A DNA stretch of 63,950 bases, the filler included, from Octopus bimaculoides (taxonomy: Eukaryota): NCBI RefSeq assembly GCF_001194135.2. It is 5 parts of 5 records of this genome, joined end to end, with 100 filler letters (N's around TTAATTAATTAA, not from the genome) between each part and the next. Parts side by side here need not be neighbours in the genome. Positions count along the whole stretch, not along the records: positions 31,902 to 55,275 come from NC_068997.1; positions 55,376 to 60,551 come from NC_068996.1; positions 60,652 to 62,667 come from NW_026418283.1; positions 62,768 to 63,950 come from NC_069001.1; 1 more part is not named here. One strand, 5' to 3'. The position numbers were made by a program, and so were the translations under genes. A model generated the notes under the pieces. It was not told where the DNA came from. It ran no database searches and worked only from the letters and a program-made list of their open reading frames with translations. Of this stretch, positions 53,111 to 63,950 are shown piece by piece. Every line of letters starts with the position of its first letter. Position 1 is the stretch's first letter.

Positions 53111-53347
53111 TAAGGCGGCGAGCTGGCAGAAACGTTAGCACGCCGGGCGAAATGCTTAGCGGTATTTCGTCTGCCGTTGCGTTCTGAGTTCAAATTCCGC
53201 CGAGGTCGACTTTGCTTCTCATCCTTTCGGGGTCGATAAATTAAGTACTAGTTAAGCACTGGGGTCGATGTAATCGACTTAATCCCTTTGTCTGTCCTTG
53301 TTTGTCCCCTCTATGTTTAGCCCCTTGTGGGCAATACAGAAATAAGG
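53111..53347 (+). mobile_element. Young full-length SINE (GGCGGCGAGCTGGCAG family); copies at ~4640-4850, 25745-26030, 26050-26240, 43560-43790(-), 44085-44280, 46640-46860, 47440-47570, 56847-57085, 59010-59205
   Basis: Pol III-like head with GAGTTCAAATTCC B box; 10-bp TSD AACTACTCAT (53101-53110 / 53348-53357). Confidence 0.8.
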
Positions 53348-53660
53348 AACTACTCATAGCTCTCTCTCTCATACTCCACTCCATAAAACCCCTCATAATA
53401 TTCACAATGACCACCAATTCCACTACCGCCACTATTCTCTTTGTGACAACCACGACAACATCGAAGACGATGGCGAAAGCCATGACGACAATAATAACAG
53501 CAGCGTCAATGCAGACGGCAACAACAACGACGAAACAACAATGATGAGGACGGTGCCAATGACAACAATGAAAAAGACGACGACGACTGAGGATGACGAT
53601 GACAACAACGATGATGTCAGCGACGAGGACAACGACAACGACGGCGATAACGACGATGTC

Positions 53661-54312
53661 AGCGACGACGGTCAAAGACGCCGACGACGACATCGACTTC
53701 AGCGACGACGGTCAAAGACGCCGACGACGACATCGACTTCAGCGACGACGGTCAAAGACGCCGACGACGACATCGACTTCGGNNNNNNNNNNNNNNNNNN
53801 NNNNNNNNNNNNNNNNNNNNNNNNNNNNNNNNNNNNNNNNNNNNNNNNNNNNNNNNNNNNNNNNNNNNNNNNNNNNNNNNNNNNNNNNNNNNNNNNNNNN
53901 NNNNNNNNNNNNNNNNNNNNNNNNNNNNNNNNNNNNNNNNNNNNNNNNNNNNNNNNNNNNNNNNNNNNNNNNNNNNNNNNNNNNNNNNNNNNNNNNNNNN
54001 NNNNNNNNNNNNNNNNNNNNNNNNNNNNNNNNNNNNNNNNNNNNNNNNNNNNNNNNNNNNNNNNNNNNNNNNNNNNNNNNNNNNNNNNNNNNNNNNNNNN
54101 NNNNNNNNNNNNNNNNNNNNNNNNNNNNNNNNNNNNNNNNNNNNNNNNNNNNNNNNNNNNNNNNNNNNNNNNNNNNNNNNNNNNNNNNNNNNNNNNNNNN
54201 NNNNNNNNNNNNNNNNNNNNNNNNNNNNNGTCAGCGACGACGGTCAAAGACGCCGACGACGACATCGACTTCAGCGACGACGGTCAAAGACGCCGACGAC
54301 GACATCGACTTC
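53661..54312 (+). repeat. 40-bp minisatellite (AGCGACGACGGTCAAAGACGCCGACGACGACATCGACTTC)n across a gap
   Basis: 3 perfect units on the left, 2 on the right; embedded in GAC-rich low-complexity DNA. Confidence 0.95.
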
Positions 54313-55120
54313 GGCGACAACAAAGATGCTGACAAGACGAGGACCACAACCCCACAACGACAATAAAGACAACGAAGTCGATGGCAACAACAATGATGAC
54401 AGCGATGACGACGATGTCGACGATAGCGGCGACAACGGCGATGACGACGACAACCGCCCCTACCGTCATCTTCACCCCTACCACCTTCTCCGTTATATGG
54501 TCTCTCAATCTGTTAAAGATGGTAGCAAACTCTCCATTAAATCACCCACGTACTTCCATCTTAGAAAAAGATGCATTGGACCATGTGGTCATGCGTATCT
54601 TGTATGTAGAAAATAAGACGCGACTGTCACAGTTGGATTATCTTTGATTTTAGGTCTCCTCGATTAAAGCTAGACAACAACAACAACAGCTACAACAACA
54701 ATTTCAATCGAAACCTATTGGCGTTCGCTAGAACAAATTTTCCACAAAGGTTTACGTTTTTTCTGGCGGTGTAGGACAAGGGCGTTGCGTAACCTTATGC
54801 TTTGGTAGGAACGGTGTCGTAGTCACAGAAATGTTGGAAAGCACTATTCTACATAGTCATGCGGCATGCTGGAAATAGCAGCTAAATGCACAATGCACAA
54901 CTGTTTTAGAGAATGAGACATCGGCTGATGTGGGTCTAGGTTATATGAAAAACTGAAATAAATATGGAATGGTTTTGGGTTGGAACGTCTTTGAACGTAA
55001 TATTCCTTGATCAGGAATGTGCTTATGTAAGATTATTATATGCCTTCACCAACTTCTGCTTCCCCACTGCTGCTGCTGCTGTAAAAGAAAAAAAGACTAC
55101 TACTACTGCTGCTGCTGCTG

Positions 55121-55158
<38 letters not shown>

Positions 55159-55375
55159 GTTGCTTCGGTCAGACGAATGAGCCATATCAGCAGTATAACC
55201 AAGATAAGCAACAGCAGCAGTAACAGCAGCAGCAACAGCAGCAGCAACAGCACCAGACCCACCATCGCCACTGTCNNNNNNNNNNNNNNNNNNNNNNNNN
55301 NNNNNNNNNNNNNNNNNNNTTAATTAATTAANNNNNNNNNNNNNNNNNNNNNNNNNNNNNNNNNNNNNNNNNNNN

Positions 55376-55670
55376 ACATGAGGTTTTTCGAGCGAGATCG
55401 TTGCCGGTGCCCCTGGACTGGCTCTTGTGCGGGTGGCACATAAAAGACACCATTTCGAGCGTGGCCGTTTTCGTGCGGGTGACACGTAAAAGCACCCACT
55501 ACACTCTCTGAGTGGTTGGCGTTAGGAAGGGCATCCAGCTGTAGAAACTCTGCCAAATTAGATTGGAGCCTGGTGTTGCCATCCGGTTTCACCAGTCCTC
55601 AGTCAAATCATCCAACCCATGCTAGCATGGAAGGCGGACGTTAAACGATGATGATGATGATGATGATGAT
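55376..55670 (+). mobile_element. RTE 3' UTR copy, nearly identical to 4345-4625
   Basis: Only a handful of differences over ~280 bp against the 4.3-kb copy; (GAT)n tail. Confidence 0.75.
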
Positions 55671-57493
55671 TACAAAACTATCAGTTTGGTCTCCTGGCTA
55701 AAATGATAATGACAAATTTTTGAGTTTGCTTGACATTTTATAAGTGTGAAAGGGATTAAAATTTCGATTATCTATATCAAAAGTTCCAACAAGAATAGGC
55801 AGAAAATCAGAGCTTGAGACAAGAAGGTGCTTTTGACTAATCAGAATTCTGTTTACATAATCAGTTTGATTGGTCACCTTCCTCTGTCAGTTGAGTAAAG
55901 TATCATCCAAGCTGATGTTTATTGGTAATTAAACTTATTTTGCAACACTTGTGCATATTTATCAGCTTTGTTTTTGTTGATAAGAATCATGAACAACTTT
56001 TCCTGTGCTCATGATTTGAGAAGACATACAGAAGTATGCTAACGATCGAACATAATCTCTTGTGGGCAAGAAATGTAAAATAAAGTTTATGATAAACAAC
56101 ACAAACACTTCGTAATTTAATAGCTTTCAATATGGTACCTGTTAAACAGAAATTATTTTCAATTGATGAAAATTTAATAAAATCTAATCATAAGTAAGTG
56201 AAATTATGCTACATACAACTAAATTAAAAACCTTTATCCCCTGGCTATATCGGCAATTTTGAAAACTTTTGGATGTGAATTTTACATGAGTAGAAGCTTT
56301 TTTTAATAATTTTTATCCTGAAAATCACCTGTGTAAATTACACAGGTGTGCAAATTACTTGGGTTTTTACAGTAGTTGTAGTGTGCAAGAGAGGAGACTG
56401 TACTGGTATGGGTATAAGATGCATTTGAAAGATGATACATAAAACATCATAGAGTACACGACCATGTTACAAAAGTGATTATGTTGAAACACATTCAAAT
56501 ATCTGAGACCACATGACTCTACAGTTATGAATGAAACAACTAAGTGTCCACGATACAACATGATCTGTTGTTGACCAATCAGCAGACCATACTGTCCTGA
56601 TATGAAACCCTGAAATCACCACTAAACGAGACATCTACACGTCACTCAACTTTCTAGAAATAACAACCTGGCTGTCTTTAAAAAATGTTCATACTGGATA
56701 ATGTAGTCTGGAGCATATCCCTTCTGAAAAACAGATGTGGCTTCCAGGTTCACTCTCACTGTATGGCACCTTAAACAAGTGACTTCTACTATAGCCTTGG
56801 GCCAACCTAAAACTTGTGAGTGGATTTGGTAGACGGAAACTAAAATAAGGCCACAAGCTGGCAGAAACGTTAGCGCGCTGGGCGAATTGCTTAGCGGTAT
56901 TTCGTCTGCCGTTACGTTCTGAATTCAAATTCCGCCGAGGTTGACTTTGCCTTTTATCCTTTTGGGGTCGATAAATTAAGTACCAGGTAAGCACTGGGGT
57001 CAATGTAATCGACTTAAATCCCTTTGTCTGTCCTTGTTTGTCCCCTCTAAGTTTAGCCCCTTGTAGGCAATAAAGAAATAAGGAAACTGAAAGAAGTTTG
57101 TTGTGCATGTGTGTGTGTGTGTGTGTGTCGCCACTGCTTGACAACTAGTGGTGGTGTGTTTACTTCCCTGTAACTTAGCAGTTTGGCAAAAGAGAATTAT
57201 AGAATAAGTACTAGTCTTCAAAAAATAAATCAGTCCTAGGGTTGATTTGTTCAACTAAAACCATTCAAGGTGATGCTCCAGCATGGCCAAAATAAACAAT
57301 AAAAGATAAAAGAATGGCCTTTGACCAATAAAACTTCCAAGTCAAATCTGACATGGCAATAGATGACTCCACCAACAACTCAAAGATTCTCAGTGCAATA
57401 AAATTTGATAAAGACAGGATGATTGAAAAAGTAGTAGCAATGGTGGTGGTGCTTGCTGTTGTCTTGAATAAGTAAACAAAAGGAAGAACTTAC

Positions 57494-57637
57494 AATATTA
57501 TATTTCCATCGTTGATTGCCTTGCATTCCGTGACATGTATAGAGAATAACGGGAGCTTTCATTATTGTCTGGGATACATCAAAGCAAACACTGCGCTTCC
57601 AAGGACGAATATCTTTGTGCCACGTCATTTCAAATTT
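57494..57637 (-). CDS. Polypeptide N-acetylgalactosaminyltransferase (GALNT10/17-like) exon, ricin-B lectin domain (144 nt, phase 0-0)
   Basis: Minus strand ttttgtcttttag|AAA...ATT|gtaagt; KFEMTWHKDIRPWKRSVCFDVSQTIMKAPVILYTCHGMQGNQRWKYNI has the CxD...LYxCHxxxGNQxW lectin subdomain and resembles GALNT10 TWREDIRP...CFDA...PVTLYDCHSMKGNQLWKY. No other exon of this gene found in the window. Confidence 0.85.
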
Positions 57638-59482
57638 CTAAAAGACAAAAAATAACACTGATAGTATAAACATTAAGATCTATATATATATATTTATATA
57701 TATGCAAATGTACACAGACACATACACATATATATACACTCACACACACATGCTCTTTGCCTTTTAGATTGCAGCCATGTTGAGGCACCCACTTGAAGAA
57801 TTTTAGTCAGGTCTCTTTTGCAGAGCCATTAAGTTATGGGAACATAAACACCCCAACACTGGTTGTCAAGTAGTAGAAGGGAACATACACAGATGCAAAC
57901 ACAAACATACGTATATGACAGGTTTCTTTCAGTTTTCATCAACCAAATCTACTCATAATGTTTGAGCATATGTGTTCTACTATAGATCAAAGTTATAGTA
58001 GAATACACATGCTCAAGATGTCATACAGTGAGATTGAATCTGGAACCACGTGATTGGCAAGTAAACAACTTACCACACAGCCATCCCTGTGTCTATATAT
58101 ATTATGATTTTACTAAGGCATAGTGATGCTAATAATTAATAACTTCCTTTGAATATTTGGTATATACTCAAACTTTTCAAAGAAGTTTTATCCTTTTGTT
58201 TAAATTTCATTCTTAATAATCTTCTTGATTACCCTAAATTTTAACTTTATACATCAAGAAAAAATTTGTTAATAATTTCAGAGGAAAATGTGTGATTTAA
58301 GGAAGATTGGGTTGTTGTTTCTAGCACATCCCCAAACCTCCCTCCTCATTTCTTTCTCATTCACACATCTATTGATATTTTTCAATATTTTTCTCCCCAT
58401 AAACAAATTTTATGGAATGATGATGTCAAAGTAACACACATGTAGTCCCAATCAAGTGAAGCCATGTTATGTGTGTGTGTAAGAAAAAAACCCACCTAAA
58501 AACATCTTTAGTGTTCATGTTAATCTGTCAAATGTAATGCTTATTTGTTCACGTTATTTTGGATTATTCAGGATCAAGATTCAGGTTCACAATGTTTGCT
58601 TGTAACTTTGTAAATTTTTTACATACAGATTTGGAATTTTGTCATTGGGTGCTTTATATACCATTGGTTTATTGGTATGTAATTTTAGCTGATCTTGCTG
58701 AGTAAATTTGACTTTCATGGGAAGGTAAATTTAATTAACAGGTATGAAAGCAATAACATAATGGATAAACACTAAAATTGAAATTCTTAATGTATCTTAG
58801 CTGTTTGTCTTGTTACTAAAATTTTCTCAGATGGCAACCAACAAAAATTTTGCCACTTTTCAAGATGAGGTACATTAATTTGAATTAATTGAAATATAGG
58901 TATAATTGGTACAAGATTTTATTCTTTTGGTCAATATTTCATACCCGGTGTGGAATAATTTTGTTTTTCACAGTTTGTTTCTTTTTTCAGAGAGTGCAAA
59001 ACAGGAGAATAATAATCTTTTCTACCCTAGGCACAAGGCCCGAAATTTTTGGGTAGGGGGCCAGTCAATTAGATCGACCCCAGTATGCAATTGGTACTTA
59101 ATTTATCGACAACCTTTTGGGGTCGATAAATTAAATACCAGTCGATCTAATCAACTACCCCCACCCCTCATCAAAAATTTTGGGCTTTGTGCTTAGAGTA
59201 GAAAAGGAAAATAATAATGATGAAACAGTAGACAGGGGAAGGATAATGGGTTGGTTCCAGGACTATATGGGAAAGAGATAGAGGTAGCTGTAGTACATGA
59301 GGAGGGTGAGAGATTTATGGTAGAGAGGGGAATGAGATGTAATTTGATAACTTAATAACAGTGACCAGTGAAGCAATATTAGTGGATGAAGGATGGATAA
59401 TAAGTGAAATGATTCTAGATAATAAAAGTAAGTGGTATCATGGAAGAACTGCAGTTAAGGAGATAATGGGTGATGATGGTGT

Positions 59483-59769
59483 TGTAGTAACGCCTGCGCA
59501 TGCGTAGTCTTACGCATGCGTAAAATTAAACAAGCAAGCGTCTCCCGCTCAATTCATTCTCTTTCACGCTGGCCAGCGATTGAGCAAGGACGTGTGTTTA
59601 AAGCTGTCTCTATATCTTTCGGTCTTATACTCGACAGCTCGTTATTCTCACCTCTAAAGATGTATAACTAAAAGATATGTATGTTTATCACCTAAATAAA
59701 TGTTGTTTGAGTTGTTTAGTCTGGAGTTCAGCGTTCCGTCTATTTCTTTAATTTTTTAGTAGAAAGTCA
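59483..59769 (+). mobile_element. Possible solo LTR
   Basis: TG...CA ends, GGTGT/GGTAT flanks (4 of 5 match), AATAAA at 59695-59700, locally CpG-rich in a CpG-poor segment. Confidence 0.4.
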
Positions 59770-60651
59770 GGTATACAATCTAAAGATGTATAACCCACTT
59801 TCTACTAAAGTGTCTTGAAGAGGAAAAAAACTGGGTGAAGGGTGTGATTTAACAGGTACAGGCATGACTGTGTTGTACCTTGGGCGAATGTCTTCTGCTA
59901 TAATCTCAGGTTTATCAAAGCCTTGTGAGTGGATTTTGTAGATGGAAACTGAAAGAAGCCAATCATAGATGTGTGTGCGTGTGTGTGTCCATCCCACCAG
60001 TGCTGGTATGTTCACATCACCATAAGAGGCTAGCAGAATAAGTACTGGGACTGGTTCTTTTAACTAAAACAATTCTCAAAGGCAGTGCCCCTCCATGGCT
60101 GCAGTCTAATGACTGAAAAAAAAGATAAAAGATATATATTCTTTTATTTGTTTCAGTCATTTGACTGTGGCCATGCTGGAGCACTGCTTTTAGTCAAACA
60201 AATCAAGCCCAGGACTTATTCTTTGCAAGCCTAGTACTTACTCTGTTGGTCTCTTTTGCCAAAAAGCTAAATTATGGGGACATAAAAACGCCAACATTGG
60301 TTGTCAAGTGATGGGCGGGTGGGGGAACAAACACAGACATGCACACATATACGATGGGCTTCTTTCAGTTTCTGTCTACCAAATCCACTCACAAGACCCT
60401 GGTCAGCCTGAGGCTATAGTAGAAGACACCCAAGGTGCCATGCAGTGGGACTGAACCCAGAACCATGTGGTTGGGAAGCAAGCTTCTTACCACACAGCCA
60501 CAATTATAAGATATATTTTCACAACAGATTTTATACATTCCACCAAACAAANNNNNNNNNNNNNNNNNNNNNNNNNNNNNNNNNNNNNNNNNNNNTTAAT
60601 TAATTAANNNNNNNNNNNNNNNNNNNNNNNNNNNNNNNNNNNNNNNNNNNN

Positions 60652-61076
60652 ACTCTGGGACTATGATTTTCAGACGGATCGTGTAATCGGACACCGTCGG
60701 CCGGATATTGTCATATTGAATAAGAGAGACAAATGCTATCAGATCATTGATGTAGCCATATCAAATGACATGAATGTTGTAAATAAAGAGGTTGCAAAAA
60801 TCACCAAGTACTCCAATTTGAAAGTGGAAATGGAATATGAGAGGGTAATGTAAAAGTGATACCAATGGTGATTGGAGCGTTGGGCTCAATCCCATTGAAA
60901 CTTCAAGATTTCTTAAGACAACTGGAAATGCGATGCAAGATTGATGTCTTGCAAAAAAGCAGCCTTATTGGGCACAGTGTACATCTTAAGGAAAGTATTA
61001 TCTGTCTAAATCCTTGTTGTGACTTGACAGATGATTAAAGACTCCGGTGCATTCTTACCTACACAGTGTTACGAAG

Positions 61077-61110
<34 letters not shown>
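60652..61110 (+). mobile_element. R4/Dong-like (restriction-like endonuclease) non-LTR retrotransposon 3' end with (AAT)n tail
   Basis: LWDYDFQTDRVIGHRRPDIVILNKRDKCYQIIDVAI...KITKY..LK...VIPMVIGALGSIP: RPDIV..D endonuclease motif, KxxKY, and PxVIGALG; frameshifts present. Confidence 0.85.
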
Positions 61111-61153
<43 letters not shown>

Positions 61154-61984
61154 GTGATGATGGTGATNNNNNNNNNNNNNNNNNNNNNNNNNNNNNNNNN
61201 NNNNNNNNNNNNNNNNNNNNNNNNNNNNNNNNNNNNNNNNNNNNNNNNNNNNNNNNNNNNNNNNNNNNNNNNNNNNNNNNNNNNNNNNNNNNNNNNNNNN
61301 NNNNNNNNNNNNNNNNNNNNNNNNNNNNNNNNNNNNNNNNNNNNNNNNNNNNNNNNNNNNNNNNNNNNNNNNNNNNNNNNNNNNNNNNNNNNNNNNNNNN
61401 NNNNNNNNNNNNNNNNNNNNNNNNNNNNNNNNNNNNNNNNNNNNNNNNNNNNNNNNNNNNNNNNNNNNNNNNNNNNNNNNNNNNNNNNNNNNNNNNNNNN
61501 NNNNNNNNNNNNNNNNNNNNNNNNNNNNNNNNNNNNNNNNNNNNNNNNNNNNNNNNNNNNNNNNNNNNNNNNNNNNNNNNNNNNNNNNNNNNNNNNNNNN
61601 NNNNNNNNNNNNNNNNNNNNNNNNNNNNNNNNNNNNNNNNNNNNNNNNNNNNNNNNNNNNNNNNNNNNNNNNNNNNNNNNNNNNNNNNNNNNNNNNNNNN
61701 NNNNNNNNNNNNNNNNNNNNNNNNNNNNNNNNNNNNNNNNNNNNNNNNNNNNNNNNNNNNNNNNNNNNNNNNNNNNNNNNNNNNNNNNNNNNNNNNNNNN
61801 NNNNNNNNNNNNNNNNNNNNNNNNNNNNNNNNNNNNNNNNNNNNNNNNNNNNNNNNNNNNNNNNNNNNNNNNNNNNNNNNNNNNNNNNNNNNNNNNNNNN
61901 NNNNNNNNNNNNNNNNNNNNNNNNNNNNNNNNNNNNNNNNNNNNNNNNNNNNNNNTCTTTTACTCTTAGTGTTGTTGAGAAAAG

Positions 61985-62659
61985 TTTGTAGTTTCAAAGT
62001 TATTTCGTGTTAAAGTTGTATTTCGGTAATTTCAACCAATCAATGACGTGTATTCAGCTGAATAAAATTACTGCTATTGTTTGTCAACAACGTCCGGTGG
62101 TGTATATTTCGTTTGTCGCTGTTATGTATGGCATATTTCATCTCAGTTACGTTTGCATGAATAAGCGAGTGTATCTGAAGCATGTTTACTTCATGGCACC
62201 ACAATAATCGTTCATGCATTTCTACTGCTTTTAGTTTTTTTATTCCTGTTTTTCAGCTACTATTTTCGGAAAGACTTTTTTCCCCTCCTCCTCCCCCTCC
62301 AATTTCATTTTTCACTTTTCGTAACTCTAACTCTAAAATCCTAACCCTAACCCTAACCCTAAAACTCCAACCCTAACCCTAAAACCATAACCCTAACTCT
62401 AAAACCCTAACCTAACCCTAAAACCCTAACCCTAACTCTAAAACCCTAAAACTAAAACCACTACAAACGCACGAACGATGTCATAAATAACAGTAACAAA
62501 CGAAATATACACCACCGATAGTTGTTGTTGACAAACAACGGCAGTAATTTTATTCAGCCGAATACACGTCATTGGTTGGTTGAAATTACCGAAATACGAC
62601 TACTTTAACACGAAATAATTAATTAATTTCTCGATCTGCCGTTCAAAGGGAAAAGATCC
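61985..62659. mobile_element. Related MITE with ~140-bp inverted arms and a degenerate CCCTAA array; left end lost in gap
   Basis: Arms ~61990-62130 and ~62480-62620; shares ATTTCAACCAATCA(A/C)TGAC with the 46-kb element; right end AAAAGATCC at 62651-62659. Confidence 0.7.
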
Positions 62660-62767
62660 GCGGTTTTNNNNNNNNNNNNNNNNNNNNNNNNNNNNNNNNN
62701 NNNNNNNNNNNTTAATTAATTAANNNNNNNNNNNNNNNNNNNNNNNNNNNNNNNNNNNNNNNNNNNN

Positions 62768-62803
<36 letters not shown>

Positions 62804-63950
62804 CGTGTGCGAGTGCGTTATATTTGTACCTTTTATGTGATTTGATCTGTCTGTTTGTTTCAGTCATTGTAATACGCCCATGATGGAGCACTCTCTCAAA
62901 GGGTTTAGTCGGACGAATTGACATCAGTGCTTATTTTAAAGTCAGGTGCTTATTTTCCCCCAGTATCTTTTGCCTCGCCGCTTAGGAACGATGACATAAA
63001 CAAACCAACACCGGTTGTCAAGCGGTGGGTGGTAGAAACCAACACAGACGCAAGACACACACAGACACCTCCTTATCTAGATTACATACGCACACGACGG
63101 GCTTCTACATAGTTTTTGTCTTCCACAGTCACTCACTCAACTTTGGGGTTACAGTAGAAGACACTTGCTCAAGGTACTGTACTGTGAGTACTCAGCCACT
63201 TGCATAGTAGTCTGTTTCACTGATCGGCTCAAATGGAACCAGCGTCGTCGTTATCGACGGAGACCCAGTTTTATACGAAAGTTGGATGCGTTTCATGGTT
63301 TGTCTTAGAAGTTGTAACGATGTACTCAAGTTGGGTGGGAAAACGTAAATCACAGAATGAGAGATGGGGCGGGGTGGAGAGATGTTTGTAGGAGAAGAAT
63401 AAACATTGGTTTGGCGCCCAATTCCTCGATTTCAAATAATAATTGGGCAATAACACGAAATATGGAATAAAGGATGATAAAACATGAAACAAGCACAACA
63501 AGAAAAATATATACAAATGGGGAGGGGACGAAAAAAAAAGAAGCATAAATAAATAGACTAATACATAAATAGATATACAAAAAAAATATATATGTATATA
63601 TATATATATGTGTGTGTGTGTACACACACATACCTGTGTGAGTGTGAGAGTTAGTGTGCGCATGTGTGCGTGAAGGGAGAGAAAGGGGGAGAGAGAAACT
63701 AAATGGGAGTGTGTGGTGTGTGTGTGCGTGTGCGTGTGTGTGTGTGTGTTTTATATTAGATGGAAGGCAAGTAAGCGAATAAAAATAATATATGTGTAGA
63801 TTATGAGATATGCAAAGACGAATGGTACTGGTCTATATAATTAATAGGTATATAATAGTTAGAATATATAAGTATATATACATATATATGCATATATATA
63901 CATACATATATATATATATACATACATACATACATATATATATATATATA

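Noticed and set aside
53541-54366. Acidic/Arg-rich ORFs, and a possible CRISPR-like 40-bp repeat
   Set aside because: Head-to-tail minisatellite with no unique spacers, in GAC low-complexity DNA.
63412-63421. TGGCGCCCAA resembling a tRNA-Lys primer-binding site
   Set aside because: Only a 10-nt match, with no LTR end or gag ORF next to it.
668-63663. Long ORFs rich in X, IY/YI, CV/VC, poly-T/H/D/L
   Set aside because: They are translations of N gaps and microsatellites, not genes.

Overview
Eukaryotic, AT-rich, microsatellite- and retroposon-saturated draft genome sequence. The repeat families look like those of a coleoid cephalopod, probably Octopus (inferred from remembered family consensus, not a database search). 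There is no prokaryotic content, CRISPR array or operon, and almost all ORFs in the supplied track are microsatellite or N-gap artefacts. Four 100-bp gaps (44 N + TTAATTAATTAA + 44 N) show the window is five separately assembled pieces: 1-31801, 31902-55275, 55376-60551, 60652-62667 and 62768-63950. Protein-coding content I can support: (i) the last five coding exons of a CCDC138 orthologue on + (3098-21677; consistent splice phases, 16.5-kb intron); (ii) one minus-strand exon (57494-57637) encoding part of the ricin-type lectin domain of a GALNT10-like GalNAc-transferase. The rest is tRNA-derived SINEs, RTE, CR1 and R4/Dong-like LINE fragments, Penelope-like fold-backs, a Helitron 5' fragment with 23-aa STPR-like repeats, Merlin-like MITEs carrying telomeric (CCCTAA)n, a possible solo LTR, and mini/microsatellites. 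I found no convincing new multi-gene system. The best leads are a candidate unannotated spliced minus-strand transcript convergent with CCDC138, a CpG-decay mosaic that looks like a record of gene-body methylation, the telomere-repeat-carrying MITEs, and a minisatellite seeded from an RTE 3' UTR.
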